A stretch of DNA of 64,000 nucleotides from an uncultured Bacilli bacterium (lineage in GTDB: Bacteria > Bacillota_I > Bacilli_A > RF39 > UBA660), in NCBI GenBank assembly GCA_947631155.1, contig CANRKG010000002.1:12325-76324 (forward strand), read 5' to 3'. Under the pieces are notes generated by a model. That model ran no database searches and was not told the origin of the DNA. It saw nothing but the letters and a program-made list of their open reading frames with translations. A program made the translations under genes and the position numbers. This document shows positions 22,560 through 32,041 of this stretch, piece after piece. Position 1 is the first letter of the stretch; each line of letters starts with the position of its first letter.

Positions 22560-25500
22560 TTGGACTGACCAACAATTAGAAGCAATTAATTTAGAAGGTA
22601 GTAATATTATTGTATCAGCTGGGGCTGGAAGTGGAAAAACGGCCGTTTTATCTGAACGTGTATTAAGAAAAATAGAAGAAGGCATCCATATTAATGAAAT
22701 TTTAATTTTAACTTTTACTAATGCAGCAGCTAAAGAAATGAAAGATAGAATCCGTTCAAAACTAAGAGAGAATGGAAAAATAGAAGAAGCAAATTTAATA
22801 GACTCAAGTTATATTACAACATTCGATAGTTTTTCTCTTAGTTTAGTAAAAAAATATCATACAGTATTAAATATCAATAAAGAAGTAGGTATAACTGATA
22901 GTTCTTTATTATATCTAAAAAAACTAGAAATTATCGAAAATATTTTTAATAAATATTATGAACAAGATGATATAAAATTTCATCAATTTATTCAAAACTT
23001 TTGTTTTAAAGATGATAAAGAATTAAAAAATCTCTTAATAAAACTTAATGATCGTTTAGATATGAAATATAATAAACAAGATTATTTAGATAACTATCTA
23101 GATACTTATTATACTGAAGATTTTATTTCACAAAGTATTGACAATTATTATAAAGAAATCCAAAAGTTAATCTTAAAAATAAAAGAGATAGTAAGACAAT
23201 TAAACTTATATTTAGATTTTGACTATATTATAAAATTAGAAGATAAACTAGCTAAATTATATAAAGCTACCAACTATGATGATGTAGTAGAAGCTTTAGA
23301 TTTTAGATTACCAAATCTACCTAGAAACCAGGAAGATGAAGTAAAAGAATTAAAAGAAGCATTAAGTAGTTATATAAAAGAAATTAAAGAACTTTGTCTT
23401 TATGAAAACAGTAAAAAAATAAAAGAAGAGATTTTAGCTACGAAACAAAATATTAATATAATTATTGATATTATTAAAGAATTTGACAAACAATTTAATC
23501 ACTATAAATTATCCAATAATATGTTTGATTTTTCTGATATTAATAGAATGGCTATTAAACTTGTTTCTGAAAATGAAGAAATAAAAGAAGAATTAAAAAA
23601 TAGTTTCCAAGAAATAATGATTGATGAGTATCAAGATACGAATGATATTGGTGAGTTTTTTATCTCTTTAATCAGTAACAATAATGTTTATATGGTAGGG
23701 GATATTAAACAATCAATTTATAGATTTAGAAATGCTAATCCTTATATATTTAAATCAAAATATGATCTTTATAGTAATAACAATAATCAAGGAAGAAAAA
23801 TTGATTTATTAAAAAATTTTAGATCACGAAAAGAAGTTTTAAATGGTATTAATTTGATATTTAATTCGTTAATGGATGATTATCTTGGAGGAGCAGACTA
23901 TAAAAATACTCATCAAATGGTTTTTGGTAATAATTCTTATGATAATGAAGGAAAAACTACCCAAAATTATGATTTGTCTATTTTAACTTATGAACCATCT
24001 AAAGAATTTTCTAATAATGAACAAGAAATATTTATTATAGCTAATGATATTAAAAATAAAATAGATTCTAAATATCAGATTTTTGATAAAGATACAAAAG
24101 TTTTAAAAAATATCGATTATAATGATTTTGTTATATTAATTGATAGAAGTAGTGATTTTGATAATTATAAAAAAGTCTTTGAATACTTAGGAATTCCTCT
24201 TAGTTTATATAAAGATGAAGAATTAACTAAAGGTAATGATATTTTAGTAATTAAAAATTTATTAAAATTAATTCAATGTCTTGATCAAGAAGATTATAGT
24301 GAAACGTTTAAATATGCTTTTTTATCAATTGGAAGAAGTTTCTTATTTAGAGAAAATGATGATATATTATTTGACTATATTACTAATGATACCTATAAAG
24401 AAAGCCTTATTTATAAAAAATTAGAAGAAGCTTATAATTATTATTATGAGTTATCAACTAAACAGTTTTTTATTAAATTAGGTGAAATATTTCAGTATGA
24501 AGAAAACTTATTAAAAGTAGGGGATATTCAAATAAGTCGCTTAAGGCTAGAATACTTTTATAATTTAATTGAAAATTTTTCAGAAAATGGTAATGATTTA
24601 AATGATTTTATTAATTATCTAAATGATATTTTTGCTGCTAATCATAAAGTAACATTTGCTTTAAATAATAATACTAATAATTCTGTTAAAATTATGACTA
24701 TTCATAAATCAAAAGGTTTAGAATTCCCAATTTGTTATTTTTCTGGATTTAGTAAAGAATTTAGTATGAGAGATTTAAATGATAATATTTTATATAGTGA
24801 TAAATATGGAATTATTATTCCTTACTTTGATAATTTTTATAAACCTACCATATATAAAACTTTATTTAAACAAGATGTCAAACGGGAAGAATTAAGTGAA
24901 AAAATAAGACTGTTTTATGTTGCTTTAACTAGAGCTAAAGAACAAACGATACTAGTCATGCCTAATATTTCTGAGACTAATATAGAAAAAGAAAAAATTA
25001 AATCTTTTTATGATATGATTAAATATATTTATCCTAGTATTTTACCTTATATAGAAGAACAAAAAGTAAAATGTACAAAAGATTATCTTTATAATTTAAA
25101 TACTAAAGAAGTACTTAATTCTAAAAAAACTAATCAAATTAAGATTTTAGATTATAATTTTTTAGAAGAAGAAGTAATAGAAGAAAAATATTCGAAGAAT
25201 AAGCATAATTTAATTACTAAAGAAGAATCTTTAAAAATGCAGTTGGGAACTAAAATACATGAAATTTTAGAATTTATAGATTTTAAAAATCCTGATTATA
25301 ATAGTATAGATAAAGAGCTTGTTCCTAAAATTAAACATTTTATAGAAAGTGACATGATTAAAAATAACTTAGAATATAAATTTTATAAAGAATATGAATT
25401 TATTTATCAGGAAGATAAAACATTTAAGCGTGGAATTATAGATTTATTAATTGAAGCAGATGACAAGATTATAATTATTGATTATAAATTAAAAAATACT

Positions 25501-25626
25501 CTAGATGAAGCTTATCAGAAACAACTATTAGGATATAAAAAAGCTATTTCTGAATTAAGTAATAAGAGTATTGAGACATACTTATATTCTATTATTGATG
25601 AAAAGTATACTAAAATTAACAATTAA
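22549..25626 (+). CDS. addA: ATP-dependent helicase/nuclease subunit A (UvrD/PcrA-like)
   Basis: WTDQQLEAI, Walker A AGAGSGKT, DEYQDT, VGDIKQSIYRFRNA, TIHKSKGLEFP, YVALTRAK, and a C-terminal nuclease block GIIDLL..IIIDYK. ATG 22549 follows AGGAGG. Confidence 0.95.
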   Translation: MANNWTDQQLEAINLEGSNIIVSAGAGSGKTAVLSERVLRKIEEGIHINEILILTFTNAAAKEMKDRIRSKLRENGKIEEANLIDSSYITTFDSFSLSLVKKYHTVLNINKEVGITDSSLLYLKKLEIIENIFNKYYEQDDIKFHQFIQNFCFKDDKELKNLLIKLNDRLDMKYNKQDYLDNYLDTYYTEDFISQSIDNYYKEIQKLILKIKEIVRQLNLYLDFDYIIKLEDKLAKLYKATNYDDVVEALDFRLPNLPRNQEDEVKELKEALSSYIKEIKELCLYENSKKIKEEILATKQNINIIIDIIKEFDKQFNHYKLSNNMFDFSDINRMAIKLVSENEEIKEELKNSFQEIMIDEYQDTNDIGEFFISLISNNNVYMVGDIKQSIYRFRNANPYIFKSKYDLYSNNNNQGRKIDLLKNFRSRKEVLNGINLIFNSLMDDYLGGADYKNTHQMVFGNNSYDNEGKTTQNYDLSILTYEPSKEFSNNEQEIFIIANDIKNKIDSKYQIFDKDTKVLKNIDYNDFVILIDRSSDFDNYKKVFEYLGIPLSLYKDEELTKGNDILVIKNLLKLIQCLDQEDYSETFKYAFLSIGRSFLFRENDDILFDYITNDTYKESLIYKKLEEAYNYYYELSTKQFFIKLGEIFQYEENLLKVGDIQISRLRLEYFYNLIENFSENGNDLNDFINYLNDIFAANHKVTFALNNNTNNSVKIMTIHKSKGLEFPICYFSGFSKEFSMRDLNDNILYSDKYGIIIPYFDNFYKPTIYKTLFKQDVKREELSEKIRLFYVALTRAKEQTILVMPNISETNIEKEKIKSFYDMIKYIYPSILPYIEEQKVKCTKDYLYNLNTKEVLNSKKTNQIKILDYNFLEEEVIEEKYSKNKHNLITKEESLKMQLGTKIHEILEFIDFKNPDYNSIDKELVPKIKHFIESDMIKNNLEYKFYKEYEFIYQEDKTFKRGIIDLLIEADDKIIIIDYKLKNTLDEAYQKQLLGYKKAISELSNKSIETYLYSIIDEKYTKINN

Positions 25627-26192
25627 TTTTTATAAAAATCAAATGGATTAATGGAATTACTTTTAAAAGGATAGCCATCCCAGATTGAAAAATGAAGATG
25701 AATTCCCGTAGCAGTACCAGTTTTTCCCATGATACCTAATAATTGTCCTTTTTGAACTTTTTGACCTACTGTAACCAAGGGTTGAGATAGATGAGCATAT
25801 AAAGTATAGTAACCATTATCTTGTTTTATAACTAAATAATTACCATTGACAGAATTATAACTATTAGTAATAACTTCTCCATTTTGCGCCGAATAAATTT
25901 CATAATTGGAGCTAGGTATAATATCTATAGCAGGATGATAAGAACTATAAGGATTAGAAATAGAATAATTCGAATCAGTTGGCCAAGCCCATAAACTGTT
26001 TACATAATTTATATATTCAAGATTAGTATTATTTTCATAGTAGGTATTAACTTCAATTAAATCAAGATGAATATCATTTTGATTAGATGTAAATAATTTT
26101 GATTTATTAACTTCAATCTGTAGTAATATACCAATTATAATAGATGTCATTCCTAGTAATAAATGAATTATTGTTATAATCTTTACTTTCAT
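25623..26192 (-). CDS. M23 family metallopeptidase (peptidoglycan endopeptidase) with N-terminal membrane anchor
   Basis: HPAIDI, YTLYAHLS and GTATGIHLHFSIW motifs. The stop codon overlaps the addA stop (4-nt convergent overlap). Confidence 0.9.
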   Translation of the reverse strand: MKVKIITIIHLLLGMTSIIIGILLQIEVNKSKLFTSNQNDIHLDLIEVNTYYENNTNLEYINYVNSLWAWPTDSNYSISNPYSSYHPAIDIIPSSNYEIYSAQNGEVITNSYNSVNGNYLVIKQDNGYYTLYAHLSQPLVTVGQKVQKGQLLGIMGKTGTATGIHLHFSIWDGYPFKSNSINPFDFYKN

Positions 26193-26258
26193 ATTTCTGC
26201 TTCCTAACTAATTCGTTTTTTCTAGCTGTATATTATATTTTAATATTTTTAAATTGTA

Positions 26259-26289
26259 AAGAGATTGTTTGTAATCTCTTCTTTTTTTT
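26259..26289 (+). terminator. Terminator-like hairpin on the + strand between the M23 gene and the pyrophosphatase gene
   Basis: AAGAGATT (26259-66) / AATCTCTT (26273-80) with a 6-nt loop, followed by CTTTTTTTT. An extended -10 (TGtTATACT, 26303-26310) follows. Confidence 0.55.
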
Positions 26290-26336
26290 CTTATTATTAT
26301 ATGTTATACTGTTATAGTAGAGAAAGGAATGAAATC

Positions 26337-27950
26337 ATGGGGATATATATATTTGGTCATAAAAAACCAGATACTGATTCTGTTATGGCAGCGATTAGTT
26401 TATCATATTTAGAAAACAAGTGTGGTAATGATACAGAACCTCGTATCTTAAGCTCAGTTAATAAAGAAACTAAGTATGCATTACATACCTTTAATCTAGA
26501 AGAGCCTGGTTATTTAAATGATGTTAAACTTCAGTTAAAAGACATTAATTATCATAAAGGTTTTTTCTTAAAGGAAACAGATTCAATCTTTAAAGGATAT
26601 CAATATATGCTAGGAGAAGAATTAACTGGTTTACCTATTGTTAAAGAAAACGATATATTTACAGGCTTGATTACGATTAAAGATTTATCAAAGACAATGA
26701 TTTATCAAAATGGAATTTATTTAGATACTTCTTATCAAAATATTCTAAGCACAATTGAAGGAAGTCCTGTTTTATGCTTTGATGAAGAAATAAAAGGAAA
26801 AATTTTAGCCGCAGCTTTTAAAGAAGAAACTTTTTTAAAGAATATTAGTTTATCTAATCAAGATATTTTAATCGTAGGTGATCGTCATAGTATAATTGAA
26901 TATGCCATTGAAAGTAAAGTAAAACTAATGATTATAACAGGAGCGGGTATTATTAAACCAGAACATTTAAAATTAGCTCATGAAAATAAAGTAAATATCA
27001 TTAGAACTAATTATGATACATATCATGTATCAAGGGTTCTTTCCTTAGCTAATTATATTAAAACAATGATGACAAGTTATAATCCAACTAAGTTTTTTGA
27101 TACAGATTTTGTTGATGATGTATTAGATATTAATGATAGATTAAAACATACTAATTATCCAATTGTTGATATTAATAATAAATGTTTAGGTTTATTAAAA
27201 ATAACTGATTTATCAGAAAAAGAACCTAAAAAAGTAATATTAGTGGATCATAATGAAAGAGAACAAAGTATTGATGGCATTGAAGAAGCTGAAATTATAG
27301 AAATCATTGATCATCATAATTTAGGTAGTCTTACTACTAATATTCCCGTTAATTTTAGAAATATGGCCGTTGGTTCTACCTGTACCATTATTTATACATT
27401 ATATAAAGAAAGAAATATTGACATTCCCAAAAATATAGCTGGTGCTATGCTTTCAGGAATTCTTTCTGATACTTTAATACTAAAAAGTCCAACTGCAACT
27501 GATAAAGATATTGAAGCAGTTAAAGAATTAGCAAAACTGGCAGAAGTTGACTATGAAGAATATGGAATGAACTTATTAAAGGCTGGTACTTCATTAACTG
27601 GTATGAGTAAAGAAGATGTTTTGTATAACGACTTTAAAGTTTATACCGTAGGAAAAAGTACTTTTGGTATCGGTCAATTCTTCACTATGAATTTTTCTGA
27701 TATTGAAAAAGAAATAGATCAATATATTCAAGTATTAGATAGTGTTAGTGAAGCTAATCATTATGACTTTTTAGCACTTTATGTTACAGATATTATAAAA
27801 AAAGGTTCTTATCTTATCTATAATACTAAAGCTCAAGATAAAGTCGAAGTAATGTATAATCAAGGTTTTAAACAAGGAGATTTTATAGCTGGATGTATTT
27901 CTCGTAAAAAAAATGTAATTCCATTAATAATGGAAATATATGAAAATTAA
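26337..27950 (+). CDS. ppaC: CBS-domain-containing family II (DHH/DHHA2) inorganic pyrophosphatase
   Basis: IFGHKKPDTDS, VDHNE, IIDHHN and SGILSDTLILKSPT motifs, with an inserted CBS pair and a DRTGG-like region (IVGDRHS...IITGAG). ATG 26337 follows AGAAAGGAA; the ORF-track start 26265 lies inside the upstream hairpin. Confidence 0.9.
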   Translation: MGIYIFGHKKPDTDSVMAAISLSYLENKCGNDTEPRILSSVNKETKYALHTFNLEEPGYLNDVKLQLKDINYHKGFFLKETDSIFKGYQYMLGEELTGLPIVKENDIFTGLITIKDLSKTMIYQNGIYLDTSYQNILSTIEGSPVLCFDEEIKGKILAAAFKEETFLKNISLSNQDILIVGDRHSIIEYAIESKVKLMIITGAGIIKPEHLKLAHENKVNIIRTNYDTYHVSRVLSLANYIKTMMTSYNPTKFFDTDFVDDVLDINDRLKHTNYPIVDINNKCLGLLKITDLSEKEPKKVILVDHNEREQSIDGIEEAEIIEIIDHHNLGSLTTNIPVNFRNMAVGSTCTIIYTLYKERNIDIPKNIAGAMLSGILSDTLILKSPTATDKDIEAVKELAKLAEVDYEEYGMNLLKAGTSLTGMSKEDVLYNDFKVYTVGKSTFGIGQFFTMNFSDIEKEIDQYIQVLDSVSEANHYDFLALYVTDIIKKGSYLIYNTKAQDKVEVMYNQGFKQGDFIAGCISRKKNVIPLIMEIYEN

Positions 27951-27959
27951 GGAGTGTTT

Positions 27960-28823
27960 ATGAAAAAAAATATTATTTTAATTATAAAAGGATTTATTAT
28001 GGGAATAGCCAATATTATTCCTGGTGTCAGTGGGGGCACGTTAGCATTAATTTTAGGTATTTATGAACAATTTATTGGAGCAATTAGTCACTTTTTTAAA
28101 AATTTCAAAAAAAACGTAGCATTTTTAATTCCAATCGCTATTGGAATGATTTTAGCTATAGTCTCATTGAGTAGAGTAATTGATTATTCATATAAGCATT
28201 ATCCTATTCCAACTAGTCTATTTTTTGTAGGATTAGTCCTAGGGGGAATTCCAATGTTGGCATCCAAAGTTAAAGGAAAAAAGCAATCAAAACAAATATC
28301 AAGTTATGTAATTTTTGCAATAACATTTTTAATAGTTATTTTAATGACTTGTTCCGATTTGATATTTAAAACAAATTTAACAGTTAGTCTTACAAGTATG
28401 AATTTTATTCAATATATTTTATTATTCATAGTAGGAGTAATTGCTGCGGCTACTATGGTAATACCAGGTATTAGTGGTTCTTTAGTTCTAATGCTTTTAG
28501 GATATTATTATCCAGTTATAGCAGTTATAAAAGAATTTACTTCATTTAAAAATATAGGACCTAATTTTATAATTTTAGCTATCTTTGGTATCGGTGTTTT
28601 AATAGGAATAGTCTTAATTTCGAAATTGATTGAATTTTTATTTAAAAAATATGAAACAAAAACTTATTTTGGAGTCTTAGGATTTATTATAGCATCCATA
28701 ATAGCTATACCTATTTCTACTATATTAGAAATGACAATTGTTTTTTCAATTCCCCAAATCTTAATTGGTTTAATTTGCTTAGTCTTAGGCTGTGGAATTA
28801 GTTATAAATTAGGAGAAAAATAA
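27960..28823 (+). CDS. DUF368 family membrane protein (PopT-type candidate undecaprenyl-phosphate translocase)
   Basis: Duplicated signature IIPGVSGGTLALILG / VIPGISGSLVLMLLG in a polytopic protein. ATG 27960 lies 5 nt after AAGGAG. Confidence 0.85.
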   Translation: MKKNIILIIKGFIMGIANIIPGVSGGTLALILGIYEQFIGAISHFFKNFKKNVAFLIPIAIGMILAIVSLSRVIDYSYKHYPIPTSLFFVGLVLGGIPMLASKVKGKKQSKQISSYVIFAITFLIVILMTCSDLIFKTNLTVSLTSMNFIQYILLFIVGVIAAATMVIPGISGSLVLMLLGYYYPVIAVIKEFTSFKNIGPNFIILAIFGIGVLIGIVLISKLIEFLFKKYETKTYFGVLGFIIASIIAIPISTILEMTIVFSIPQILIGLICLVLGCGISYKLGEK

Positions 28824-28842
28824 ATAATAGAAAGGAATTTAT

Positions 28843-29673
28843 ATGTTAAAACTTATTGAATATATTCTTTTAGGAATGTTACAAGGAATTACAGAACCAA
28901 TTCCTGTATCTAGTAGTGGACACCTTTTGATATTACAATCAATAATTGAAAAATTACATCAAAGTATTAATATTGATTTTGAAATATTAGCAACTATTAC
29001 TAATTTTGGTAGTTTAATTGCTATAATAATTATCTTTTGGAAAGATATTGTTAAATTAATTAAATCATTTTTTAGTTATATATTAAAAAAAGACAAAAGA
29101 ACAGAAACAAAGAAAGATTATCAGTATGCTTTAAAAATTATTATTGCAACTATTCCTGCTGGAATCTTAGGCTTAATTGCTACAAAATTAGATTTTCTTA
29201 ATATACTAGAAAATAACGTAAAATTTGTAGGGGTAATGCTTTTAGTAACAGCAGTGTTCTTATTCTTAATTAGAAATTTCAAAGGACGTAAAAAAGAAAG
29301 TGAAATTAGTTTTAAAGATTCTATTATTATAGGTCTTTATCAAATGATAGCAATTATTCCTGGAATTAGTCGAAGTGGTGCGACTATCGTAGGTGGTATG
29401 TTCCAACAATTAAAACGAGAAACAGCCTTTAATTTTTCTTTCATCTTATATATTCCTATTTCAATTGCAACTTCTATTCTTGGTGTAAAAGACTTATTAG
29501 AATTAACTCTTACTAGAAGTCAAGTAGTTCTTTATTTAATTGCAACTTTAGTAGCAGGTATATTTACATATATATTTACTAAATGGTTTGCCAAAATAGT
29601 AAAAGAAGGAAAACTAATATATTTTTCTATTTATTGTTTATTATTAGGAATAGTAGTAATATTATTTCTATAG
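28843..29673 (+). CDS. uppP: Undecaprenyl-diphosphate phosphatase (BacA/UppP)
   Basis: GITEPIPVSSSGHL and IPGISRSGATIVGG motifs. Confidence 0.94.
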   Translation: MLKLIEYILLGMLQGITEPIPVSSSGHLLILQSIIEKLHQSINIDFEILATITNFGSLIAIIIIFWKDIVKLIKSFFSYILKKDKRTETKKDYQYALKIIIATIPAGILGLIATKLDFLNILENNVKFVGVMLLVTAVFLFLIRNFKGRKKESEISFKDSIIIGLYQMIAIIPGISRSGATIVGGMFQQLKRETAFNFSFILYIPISIATSILGVKDLLELTLTRSQVVLYLIATLVAGIFTYIFTKWFAKIVKEGKLIYFSIYCLLLGIVVILFL

Positions 29674-29698
29674 AAATTAAGTATTAGGTGGTAGTAGT

Positions 29699-30418
29699 AT
29701 GTATAATTTTTGTTTATTATTTTTATTATTTATTATTTATTCTTTTTTAGGATATATTGTAGAAATTATAGCTAGTAGTTGTTTTTATAGAAAACTAATT
29801 TTAAATAGAGGCTTTTTCTTAGGTCCATATTTACCTATTTATGGTGTTTGTTGTATTTTAATGACAATTTGCCTTCAAAAATATAAGAATGATTTAATAG
29901 TTTTATTTATTTTAGCTACTGTTTTATGTTCTATTATTGAATTTCTTACTAGTTATGTTTTAGAAAAAATATTTAAAATTCGTTGGTGGGATTATTCTCA
30001 ACGTAGATTTAATTTAGATGGAAGAATTTGTATAACTACTTCGGTTAGTTTCGGTTTAGGGGGAGTTATTTTAATACATTTTATACATCCTTTTATAATG
30101 AAGTATTTACAACTATTTAGTCCAATAAATCTTGAAATAATTTCTATTATTTTAATGATTATTTTTGTTGTTGATATGATTATTTCAATTGTAACTTTAT
30201 GTAAAATTAAAGTATCTTCTAATAAGTATGTAAATCATGATGCTACCGAAGAAATTAAAGATTTAACCAATAAAATATTAAAACAAAATTCATTTTATAT
30301 AACAAGATTATTAAATGCCTTTCCTAAAATATCGGGTAAAAATATGAAAAAGGTTGTAGCTTTAAAGAAACTTGCTAATGATTTTAGACAAAAATTGAAA
30401 TCAAAAGTAAAAAAGTAA
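29699..30418 (+). CDS. Polytopic membrane protein (putative ABC-transporter type IV family, PF06541-like)
   Basis: FLGYIVEI...RGFFLGPYLPIYG...WWDYS pattern. The family assignment is from memory only. Confidence 0.65.
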   Translation: MYNFCLLFLLFIIYSFLGYIVEIIASSCFYRKLILNRGFFLGPYLPIYGVCCILMTICLQKYKNDLIVLFILATVLCSIIEFLTSYVLEKIFKIRWWDYSQRRFNLDGRICITTSVSFGLGGVILIHFIHPFIMKYLQLFSPINLEIISIILMIIFVVDMIISIVTLCKIKVSSNKYVNHDATEEIKDLTNKILKQNSFYITRLLNAFPKISGKNMKKVVALKKLANDFRQKLKSKVKK

Positions 30419-30446
30419 AATAATTACTAAGTAGTAATTATTTTTA
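30417..30446 (+). terminator. Intrinsic terminator
   Basis: Perfect 12-bp stem AAAATAATTACT (30417-28) / AGTAATTATTTT (30433-44), running into a T-run. Confidence 0.7.
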
Positions 30447-30541
30447 TGTGAAATCGATGTAAAGTATTTATAAATGTGTTACTTAATGGCTAAATTTATG
30501 TTAAGATTAAAATGGATAATATATTATAAGGAGAGGTTAAC

Positions 30542-31921
30542 ATGACATATAAATATAAGGAAAATATCAATAAAAATATATTTAGAGGATATGATATTAG
30601 AGGAGTTTATCCAACAGAACTTGATATAGATACAGCTTATACAATAGGATTAGGTTTTGGTAGTTATATTAAAAGTATCGGTAAAACAACTTGTGTTATT
30701 GGTCACGATAATAGAATATCTAGTAAACCTCTTTGTGATGCTTTAATGAAAGGAATAACTTCAACGGGGATTAACATTATTTATTTAAATATATGTACCA
30801 CACCTATGTATTACTATGCTTGTATTAAATTAAAAATCTTTAGTGGTGTTATGGTAACTGCTTCTCATAATCCTAAAGATGATAATGGTTTTAAGTTTGG
30901 CTTTGATGAATCAGGAAATTGTAAAGGACAAGAAATTCAAGATTTTTTAGCATATATCTTAAAAAGAGAATTTGCATCTGGTAATGGAACTATTACTAAT
31001 TATAATATTGAACCAGAATATATAGAATTATTTAAACAGAGCTTAAAATTTGGACCTCGAAGAATTAAAGTAGTTTTAGATCCAGGTAATGGAACAACAA
31101 GTATTATTATGAAAAAATTATATAGTTTATTTCCAATTGATATTATAACGATAAATGATATTAGTGATGGTACTTTCCCAAATCATCATCCTGATCCTTG
31201 TGTCGAAAGTAATCTAGAACAATTAAAACAAAAAGTTCTAGAAGAACATGCAGATATTGGAATTTCTTTTGATGGGGATGGAGATCGAATGGGTATGGTA
31301 TCTAATACAGCCAAGTTTATTCCAACAGACCAGTATATGATAATATTTATTAGAAATCTTATTAATAAAGTTTCTAATAAAACTTTTTTAGTAGATGTTA
31401 AATGTTCCAAATCATTAATTGATGAAATAGAAAAATTAGGTGGTAAAGCCCTTCAATATCGTACCGGTAATTCTTATACTAAAGCTAAAGTAAGAGAAGA
31501 AGATTTAGCTTTTGGTGGTGAATTGTCTGGACATGTTTATTTTAGAGATAGATGGCCAGGCTTTGATAGTGGTTTATATGCTGGACTTAGAATGTTGGAA
31601 TTATTATCTCATACCAATAAATCAGTCGATGAATTATTAGCAGGAATAAACACTTACTATTCAACACCAGAATTAAAATATCCAGCAACTGATGATAAAA
31701 AATTTCAAATAATAGAAAAAATAAAAGAATATGCTGAAGAAAAAAAATATGACTATTTAACTATCGATGGTGTTAAGGTTTTGTTTGATGATGGATGGGC
31801 TCTTGTTAGAGCATCTAATACTGGACCTAATATTGCCACAAGATTTGAAGCTAAAACTGAAGCTAGATTAGAGGAAATAAAAACAGAATTTACTCAAAAA
31901 GTTTCAGAATATAATAGTTAA
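30542..31921 (+). CDS. Phosphomannomutase/phosphoglucomutase family (alpha-D-phosphohexomutase)
   Basis: Active-site TASHNP, metal loop FDGDGDR, sugar loop GELSGH, and C-terminal RASNTGP. Confidence 0.9.
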   Translation: MTYKYKENINKNIFRGYDIRGVYPTELDIDTAYTIGLGFGSYIKSIGKTTCVIGHDNRISSKPLCDALMKGITSTGINIIYLNICTTPMYYYACIKLKIFSGVMVTASHNPKDDNGFKFGFDESGNCKGQEIQDFLAYILKREFASGNGTITNYNIEPEYIELFKQSLKFGPRRIKVVLDPGNGTTSIIMKKLYSLFPIDIITINDISDGTFPNHHPDPCVESNLEQLKQKVLEEHADIGISFDGDGDRMGMVSNTAKFIPTDQYMIIFIRNLINKVSNKTFLVDVKCSKSLIDEIEKLGGKALQYRTGNSYTKAKVREEDLAFGGELSGHVYFRDRWPGFDSGLYAGLRMLELLSHTNKSVDELLAGINTYYSTPELKYPATDDKKFQIIEKIKEYAEEKKYDYLTIDGVKVLFDDGWALVRASNTGPNIATRFEAKTEARLEEIKTEFTQKVSEYNS

Positions 31922-32041
31922 AATAGTAAATTAAGTTGTCAAATAAAGTATCATTGATTGAATTCAAATTTAAAGTATGATATGGTAGAAATAGAGTAGG
32001 AATACTACATAAGTAGTTTTCTTTTTCTTTGGAGGATATTT

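Noticed and set aside
26265-26336. N-terminal extensions proposed by the ORF track. Affected starts: 26265, 11173, 50570, 50873, 42775, 18726, 60450, 62652.
   Set aside because: The extensions overlap promoters, terminator hairpins or the SD itself. Internal ATGs with properly spaced SD sequences give N-termini that match the family consensus.
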